Shown here piece by piece: positions 25,474 to 34,300 of a stretch of DNA of 64,000 bases (within the stretch, counting starts at the first letter, position 1; each line of letters opens with the position of its first letter). The stretch spans positions 656,211,039 to 656,275,038 of the forward strand of contig NC_058132.1 in the NCBI RefSeq assembly GCF_016433145.1. The letters are read 5' to 3'. The stretch is from Gracilinanus agilis (Eukaryota). The position numbers were made by a program, and so were the translations under genes. The notes beneath the pieces were generated by a model that saw only the letters and a list, made by a program, of their open reading frames with translations, was not told the origin of the DNA and ran no database searches.

Positions 25474-27469
25474 TCCTCAAATTACCAATGAGTAACAACA
25501 CAAATAGCTATCCCAATGGGGGAAAGGCGCCCCCCTATTGGACTCCCCCTCTGAGCTGTCTCCAGGCACAGGCAGGTCTGGCCTGTGTCTCCCCAGGTCC
25601 GGCAGCCCTGGGAGGTGTCACTGGGCCACTCAGAGCTCTTCCGGGTCTCCACTTGGTTCTCAGATCAGAAAAAGCCTGGCCGGAGCCTGGCTCCGGCCTC
25701 CCTGCCCTCCGCTGAGCCGCAGACAGCCTGGCATTCGATTCGGAAGCTGGTGCCGCCCAGCACGAAGGCTGGAAAGGGCCATCGAGGCCCTCCTTTTACA
25801 GACGAGGAAACTGAGGCCCAGCCACGGAAGGCAGCTTGCCGAAGGCCCCGTGGGACAGAAAGCACATCGTGCCGCAGCACAAACAGCCAATTCCAGGGAC
25901 GTTTCTGGCCTGGGAGGGAGGGTTTCATCTTTGAAGCTTCGCCAAGTCGTGCCACTAGAAGTCTGTCATTAGAGCAGGAAGTCCTCGCTGAATCGCTGGG
26001 TCTGGGGTCCAGCCTCGGACCCCTCCGCAGAGGGACCCTGGGCGAGTCACCGACCGCTGCCCGAGCCAGCTTTGTCTCATTTGTGGAATGAGGATTCTGA
26101 GGATCCAGTGGAGCACCGGTAAAGGCTGGGCCCTGGGCTCGGGTCAGGCCCGTCTCTCTCCTTTAGGAGTTTTCTTGTAGGAGATAGAGGAGAGGTTGGA
26201 CACTTCCTTGTCCAGATCATTTCACAGAGGAGCAAACCGAGGCCAACAGGATGAAGTGACCCGTCCGGGGTAGCCAGGAAACGTCGCAGGCCAGATTCGA
26301 ACTCCCGAGGATGAGTCTTCCCCAAGACGGGTCTGGTGCTCCGGGCACTCTGGTGCCACCTCCCTGCCCAGCCTCCACTCTCTCTCCTTAGCTCCCGCGC
26401 CCTCGCTCTTGGCTGGTGGTCCTCCTTCCCTCTCTCCCTCCAGGGTCTTCCCTGGTTTCTGCCCGGTCCGGGCTCCTCTGGAATCCGATGACCCGATGGG
26501 TGCCTTGGGAGAACCTTCTTTCTAATGCATTAAAATACTAAGATTTCACAGGAAACCCCTCCTGGGGAGTCCCCCAAATGCACCGAGACCCCCCCAGCGC
26601 CCTCCCCTCAGGGACACCCCTGGTTCCAACGAAGGAGCCAAGTCGCAGCCTTCCATGACGTCTCCCCGAATCTCCGAGCTTCCTCCCAAGGGTCGGTCTC
26701 CCCTCAGTCTCCCCTCAGTCACCCCGGAGGGCTCCGAGCCATCTCCTCGTGGCTGTCTGCCCCGTCCTGGCTCCATTCCCGTTGGGGCGTCTCTGGCCTC
26801 CCCCAGGAAGCATCCTCTGGATTAAAGCACAGAAGAGGTTCCGGGCGTCCCTCCTCTCCGCCTCCTTCGGCTCCTCAGAAGACGCCGCCGTCGTCGTGGT
26901 GGGGGCCGAGCCGGACAGAGAGCCGCAGCAGCCAGGAGGAACGTCTGAGCTTCTTTACCGGGCCACCGAGGCGGAGGGCCGAGCCCCAGAAGCAGGACCT
27001 CTTTGGGCCTGGAATCCGGGAGAAGAGCCGGGGACGGGCCCTGCGGCCGGTGACCAGAAGGATAGGAGGCAGGAGCCCGGCGGCCCCCCATTTCAGGCCA
27101 GGATTCAAGGAGGGGGAGGGGAGGAAGCGGTCCAGTCTGGCTTTAACAGGTTGCCTTGGAGAGGCGGAGCGGATGGATGTCTTCCCCTTCTGGTCGGCGT
27201 CCTGGAGGCCTCGCTCCGCGCCGAGACTTCTTTTGCTTTAAGATCTACAAAGTCGAGGCCTGAGCTGGGCTTTCCCTGCAGGGTCTCCCTCCGCAGCACA
27301 GGGGTCCCGGGTCCGGGTCCACCTTGGACACCGGCCGGGTGAGCCACTCGCCCCCAGCCCCTCCTGCTCTTCTTAGGACAGGATTGAAAAAACCCTCCGG
27401 GCCACTTTCGCCAGGCCAGAGACAAAAGTCTGTTCATTAGAAATCAGTCCATACTTAACTATTTCATGT

Positions 27470-27952
27470 TCAAATTTCAGTTTAATAATTTATTTAAATA
27501 AGGTATTTGAAGAGGCAGTTTTAAAAAAACCCAAGATTTATATTTTTATTTCCTTGTAAAAATCTTTACACATGCAGACAAACCAGTGTAAGAAAGTCTC
27601 CACCATCATTTAACAAAGAACCACTTAAATAGTCTAAGGTCTGCAATTTATCCGTATAAAAATAAGGTACGTTTTTACAGAAGACCACTCTCCAGTTCTT
27701 ATAGTGATAAACAATACACAACTCTAATAGGTACAATTAAACTTGACCATGGTTTTCAATGAGATACTGCTGGGGCATTTTAATGTGCAAAAATGAACAT
27801 AGTTCTTTCAAAAGGAAACGTCCTCCGAGCTTCTAGAAGCCTGGAGGGCTCTGAATAAATCACATCCTAATCCGTTTGCTTCTACTATTCCAATTAAGCG
27901 TCCGTACACCATAATGCAGAGGCAGAACCACAGCGGGGCGGGCCGGGGCCCG
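27470..27952 (-). other. CCNL1: CCNL1 3' UTR (approximate end)
   Basis: AT-rich unique sequence after the stop codon, ending in a cluster of poly(A) hexamers. The exact cleavage site cannot be seen. Confidence 0.8.
27481..27550 (-). terminator. Tandem polyadenylation signals of CCNL1
   Basis: Minus-strand AATAAA at 27545-27550 (UGUA upstream, U-run downstream), AATAAA at 27489-27494, ATTAAA at 27481-27486. Confidence 0.8.
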
Positions 27953-28301
27953 TCAGCGCCGGTGCCGCCCGTGGCCCGAGCGGTTGCCGCCGTGGTGCTT
28001 GCCTTTGTGTGCGCGCTCGAAGGACCGCGACCTCTCCCGCCGCTCGCGGTGGTGGCTGCGGTCGTGCCGGTGCTTCTTGGCGGCGTCCGAGTGGTCCCGG
28101 GACTTGCTCTGGGAGCGCGAGCGGGACTTTTTCCTCTTGTGCCCGTGTCTGTTGGAGCTCTTCAGGTCCTCGCGGGCGTGCTTGGCCTTCAGGTGGGGCG
28201 AGCCGTGGTTGTGGTGCCGGCGGGGGCTCTCGCTGTGACTGCGGGACCGGCTTCTGGACCTCGAGCTGTACGTCCCGGAGCGACTCCGCCTGTTGTTGTA
28301 A
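27953..28301 (-). CDS. CCNL1: CCNL1 exon 11 coding part (349 nt, RS/His-rich tail, TGA stop)
   Basis: ttgcag|(H)[41 protein letters not shown]...GHGRHRR*; TGA at 27955-27953. Confidence 0.96.
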
Positions 28302-31300
28302 CTGCAAAGAGGGAGGCGGGTTCAGCTTGGCCCTCGCAGCCCCCCAAAGGGTCGCCTTTCCCACCCGCTACTGCTGCTCAGACGCCCCCCCAGGCTTAGG
28401 CTTGTGCCAGGTAAGCCAAGGAAGCTTTCAATGTCACCTCTGGTTAGAGCCGATTACGGCCGAATGGACACAATTCACTTTTCTAAAAGGACAACAAATG
28501 AGTTTTTGAATTCTTAGTTACTAATTAGGAATCTGTGTGAAGGGTCTTACAGAGAACTCCAGGAACCCCCCACCGAAACCCAGGCCTTAATCCGTCACCC
28601 CCAGTTTCCTTGTCTAGTCAGACAAAGCCCGGCTCAGCTCCAGGCCCTGGAAATAGTGACTTACTGTCTTCTGGGAGTATGAGATCGCGAGCGGGAGCGG
28701 GAGCGGGAGCGGGACCGACTGGCACTTCTGCTGTTTCTACTTCTCTTGCTGTCCTTCCTCACACTAGAGGGGAAAAAGCAGTCAGAGCGCCTCCCGCCAG
28801 GACCAGCCCCCCACCAGCCCCGAGCGCCTCCCGACCCCAACACTCACCCATTGTAAGGGCTTTTGGAAGCCTGCGGTCTATCTTCGGGTTCTTTTTTGAT
28901 GGTTTTCATGCTGGCAGAGATCGGCGTTTTCTCCTCTGGTTTGACTTCTCTGGGGGATGCTTTAAAAAACAAAAAAACAGCCCAAATGTAAAATCTATTA
29001 TATTTAAATGAAAGCCAACAGTTGCTCCTAAAAGTGAGTAAATCCGGCCACAGGACTGTTTAAAAACACAAACCAAAATACAAAACAGACACTTGTTCCA
29101 AATAGTCAAAGGATTAGCAAAGGAGTTTAAGAAGAAAAGCTCGTGTAAGACTTCCCCCCCCCCACTTATGTGAACTAACATTAAAAAAGGAGGTAAATCT
29201 TACATGGTTTGGAAGCTGGAGAAAAACCGCCCAGCGTTGAAAGGGCTGGCGTTCCATCCGGATTCAGTCCTTTTGCTTTTAATTTAGCTTCCTGTAGGGC
29301 TACTTTCCTCTTTTCTACTTCTTTTTCCAACAATTCATAGTTTGGCTATTGAAAGAAACCAGAAACGAGTATTTCTTAAGTGTTCCGTGACCCAAGTCTG
29401 CTGTCACCCAGTGCCGTGGCATGGCAGGAGGCTACAAAGATTACCTTTTTCCTGGTGTAAAGCCTCAGAGTTTCTATGCAGATATCCTGAATATCTTCTT
29501 CTGTGGTACCAAAGAGGAGAAACCAATGAGGACGAGTCGGCAGTGCAATCTAAATAACAGACAACGGAGGAGTTTAGACAGAATCTTGCTATTTTCAGTG
29601 ACTTTATGCTTTGGTCTCCCTGGTGTCAAGAGTCTTTCAAGGATCAAATGCTCACCTGAAGTGCTCTGGCTGCAAGGTAGATACAAGCACATGCTATTGT
29701 CTCCGGTTGAAATCGAACAAAAACATTGGTTCGAAGGCTGTCATTCATGTAATTCCTGGAAAAAATTATAACTCTAAGTTTTATGGGTGAACACATGTTT
29801 CTTCTGGAGTTTAAAATTAGTTGGAGACTCAATCTACTTTATTCTTTTTCCTTCTCTTTCATTATATTTATGTCTTATAAGCGTTTAACATGTAACATTC
29901 TTATCTTAAAATTCCAGATAAGAATGTAAACATTTTGGATCTGTTCCTCTGCTTTAAAAAACAAACACACACACACACACACAAAAAGAAACAAAACACA
30001 AAAAAACAAAAGCCTCCCCTTCTCTGCCCAAAATAAAAAAAAAAAAAATTATCCCATATTCGCTCTTGATTTTGGAGAAGTTTTTCAGTGATAGTATCAT
30101 TTCTTTCCTTAAAAGCAAGGCTTTTACAACTTTGTTTCAGACAATTCATACTATGTTCTTAACTTAAAAAAACCCTTTCAACAAACTGCAGGTCAGGAAG
30201 TTTAGTAATTATTTTTTGTACACAAGACAATCTCACCATTTTTTAAAAGAAAAAAAAAAACACAGAAAATGGTAGGAATATATGTAATCTTCAGAGACTG
30301 CTGGATTGATATTTCACTCAAATAGTAAAGAAATAAAGTTTGCTGCTTAATAGCTAACTTCAAACCTTATAAAGGTAATTGATTAAAGCAAATACAACTT
30401 TAATGTTTACGCAGCAATTAAACAGACTGAACATGTATTCCAATTACTCAATTAAGTGTTGGACTCTGTACTCTTCCAATACAAAATATTTATAAAAATA
30501 CAATATGCAAATTATTTCAAGTCATAACTTAAAAGTGGAATCGGCATCTTTAACTTTTAGCTAAGAAAATTGATCCACGAAATGTGATTTCATGAAACAT
30601 AACATGAAAACAAACATACCTCCCGTAGATTTAATAAGACCAATACAAAAGAGCATTCTTTATTGAAAGGCCAAAGGGTGCACGGGACATGAGGAATGAA
30701 GTCATTTTGCTTGCGTATGCAAAGGATTTGTTACTGCCAGTCATTTCCTGCACATGATTGAGTTTGAGAATACAGGACAGTAGAGAAACAACTATAACAA
30801 TTCATCCAAATAGTACTCATTTTACCTTTAAATAAGCCAGCACTCCACGCAGAAAATCAGCATCTCAAAAGTGTTGCTTAAAGTGTCTCCAAGCAATAGT
30901 AAGACTCCCCCTTAAAACAAGGGAAGGCCTGACAATTCTCTAAATTTCATATTGCCTGAAATGCAAATTTGAAATCCAATGGCCCAACTGCTAACAGTTG
31001 TAAACTAAAATGGTGCCCACTGCTGCTCCTTTGGCAGTCTTAGCATGCTGTACATACTACTGTTCCAAATTGAGTCAAACTACTCATAAAAATCAATGTA
31101 CTTCATAATGGCTAGACAACAAGTCTATCAAAAATGAGCTGTTCATTTTGATAGTAACAGGTATACATTAAATACATATGCATGTTGAATAGTNNNNNNN
31201 NNNNNNNNNNNNNNNNNNNNNNNNNNNNNNNNNNNNNNNNNNNNNNNNNNNNNNNNNNNNNNNNNNNNNNNNNNNNNNNNNNNNNNNNNNNNNNNNNNNN

Positions 31301-34300
31301 NNNNNNNNNNNNNNNNNNNNNNNNNNNNNNNNNNNNNNNNNNNNNNNNNNNNNNNNNNNNNNNNNNNNNNNNNNNNNNNNNNNNNNNNNNNNNNNNNNNN
31401 NNNNNNNNNNNNNNNNNNNNNNNNNNNNNNNNNNNNNNNNNNNNNNNNNNNNNNNNNNNNNCAAACCAAGAAAACAGTAAGCAGAAATAAGCATTATTTA
31501 CCTTTTTTTGCCCAAAAAAGCTTGTTTTGAAAGTAGCTTACACATCTCATTGTTTTGAAAACAGAAAACAAAACTTACGTTATTTCTGCTACTGTTTTCC
31601 TGGCTAGGAAAGCGTGTGCAAAGGGTAACTTACCAGGCTGTCTGAACCAGGGTTAGATTCCGTTCACATTCTAAGACTTGTAAATACATAACAATGATCT
31701 AAGGGGAAAGGAAGAAACACAGAATAATTACCCAATCAGTTAATTCAGGCAAATGTAACAGGTGTGCATAACTTGGTAAACTAAAATCTTAAGGCCAAGT
31801 TCAAAGATGTTAAAACTAATTAGTTCATCTTCATTTGCCAAGTAAACGGGAATAACTTTTTTTTTTTCTCAGTTGTGTCTGACTCTTCCATCCTCCACCC
31901 CCACCCCCCAATTTGGGTTTTTCTTGGCAAAGACACTGGAGTGGTTTGCCATTTCCTTCTCCAACTCACATTTAAATGGGATTAAATGACTTGCCCAAGG
32001 TCATACAGCTAATAAGTATCTGTGGGCAAATTTGAACTCAGGTCTTACTGACTCCGGGCCCCAAACACCACCTAACAATTTCAAAAACTGTCTGTAGACA
32101 GTATCCTAATTTAATCTATGAAAATGTACTGAAGGCACGTTAGTCAGCGGGCATCACCAGTATTTCTAAAAGCGCAGAGCCGTGATCAACCATCCAGTTT
32201 GATAAAGAAGTCGCAACATCTAAAGAGCAGCTACACAAGCCTATTTATTATTAAACGGATCCCCAAACTCATTTGATGGACGCCTGGAACTCACCTTGTG
32301 CGGGTGCTTGACATGAACACAAAATCCCAACTCCTTCAATACCCTTCTCTCTGCCTTGATTACTTGATTTTTGGTGTTTATGTAGTTCTGATCAAGGATC
32401 AGGGGGCTTGGCGTCCTAGTTTGTAAGAAATAAAATCACAACTGTTTTGCACATCCAAACAAGTTTATTCGTGGCATCTCCATTTTCCCTTCCAACCAAC
32501 TATTGGCAACAGAAACCAGCTTTTTAAACTCCTGCAAACAAGTTAAAGCATTGATCTTGTGCTGTCCAAGTTAGGCTAATCAAACACACAGAATGATTTG
32601 ACATTCATTCCAAAAGGAACTTTGCTGAAGTCACTTACTCCTTTGTGTTCTAAGAATGCCTGCTAATGTGAAAAGTCTTAATATCCAGTTAACAAATGCA
32701 TCCTCCTGGCTGCAGGATTCTAAACAAAAATGATCACGCTTTTCAATGGCAAATGTAATGACGTCATTCTTCTCAGATAAACATCGCAGACATAAAAGCT
32801 TAAAAACATTTGTGGCAAATTATTTCTGAAAAGGCTTTCATAAGCTTCCCTACAAAGTACAGGAAGTTATTTTCAAGTTTTAACACAAAGGATTTACCTT
32901 TAAAGATAAAAGGAATACCCACAATCAGCAGTATGCTTTGTAAAATGGCAAAGCACAAATTAATATTTGTCTCAATTCTAGGCTCACCTACTATGGCTCA
33001 TCTTAATGCAGAATGAAGATCAGCTAAAGATTAACGGTCATCACGTTAGCAATTAGCCCAAGCATTTAAGTGGCCTCAGAAAGCCTAATGTAGGTAGGGC
33101 TGCATTACTTGTTCATCTATTTAATTAACCCAAATCTTTCCAAAGGCCCCTCCATTGCAAAAGCTAACAAGAATCTGAAAAGCCAAGGGGACACGACTAC
33201 GATCGGAGAGCATTTGTTAAGGAATTCACCAAACTCGAGCCAAGAAGCAAACTTATTAAACTGACCCGAGTTTCCATAAACATGCAATACAGCATATGCT
33301 ACTTGGTGTAAAATGAACAGAAATGAGAGTAGCTCTTAGAGAACAAAGGCCTCCATATTGGGTAAAGGAAGATGTAGAAAGGCCAGTGATTCAAGTGTTT
33401 GGAGAAAAGCCATGAGGCCACTTCCTATTTACACACTTGCTTTCTAAAGTCAGAACCCCAGAGCAGTGCTCAAGTGAAGCACTTTTCCCCCCATCATCAC
33501 ATATTCAAGGAGTTCACTCTATTTCGGGAATACAGATGCTTTAATAACTTCTGCAGACAATATAAAGGCCTGAATTTTAATGAAAAGCTTTTCATATTTA
33601 TCTGAATATTATCTTTAAATCTACATTGTGCCACAATTCCTCTGCTTTACTTAAGCCACTGACAGAACATGCAAAGGGAAGAAACTCTCATTCCCCCATA
33701 TCAGGCAAATGATTCTCACAATTAAAATATAAGCATGTTTGCCATCATGTGACAAGAACCACATTTAGTTTTCGGATTTCTTATTTTGTTGTTGAAAAAG
33801 AAAAGCCAAATAATCACAGCAAAGCCTACCAGGTTCTTTCCTTAAAAGCTGCCTTTCACTACAGGTACGGACATCAAAAAGATCAGGTCCAAAATACCTA
33901 TTTTTAGCAGATTTAAAGACAAAAATTGTCTTCATGTGGCTAATAAGCCATTTTGTGGTCAAGAACACAGTGGACTGGATGTGTGAACTTTTCTGTTACA
34001 ATACCTGAATCACACACAAGCCAATGGACCATCTGTTGTCTCCCTCCCAGATTCATATGGAAAAGCGGGGAAGGAAAGGGGTCTATGGATGGTGTGCTTA
34101 AAAATGACCCCCGCTTATTACCCATCTATCCAACAGGATCACAGATTTATAAGTGGATGAGAACTTGGTTTGAGGTGAGCTAATCCAGCCCTCCTTTTCT
34201 AAATGAGGGCAGGGAGGCCCCAGGTCAGGACAAATGAGTCTCTAAATCCAGCCTCCTTCCAACCACACCCAGCAGTGGCCCCATTCTAATGGGGAGGAAC

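Noticed and set aside
18800-27450. Many long overlapping ORFs (100-435 aa) on both strands
   Set aside because: Expected in very GC-rich DNA where stop codons are scarce. They are Gly/Pro/Arg/Ala-rich, have no recognisable domains or consistent exon structure, and several span N gaps or SINEs.
27914-28509. Plus-strand ORFs of 161-166 aa over the CCNL1 last exon, and similar ORFs over exons 1-2
   Set aside because: Antisense or shifted-frame shadows of a GC3-saturated coding exon.
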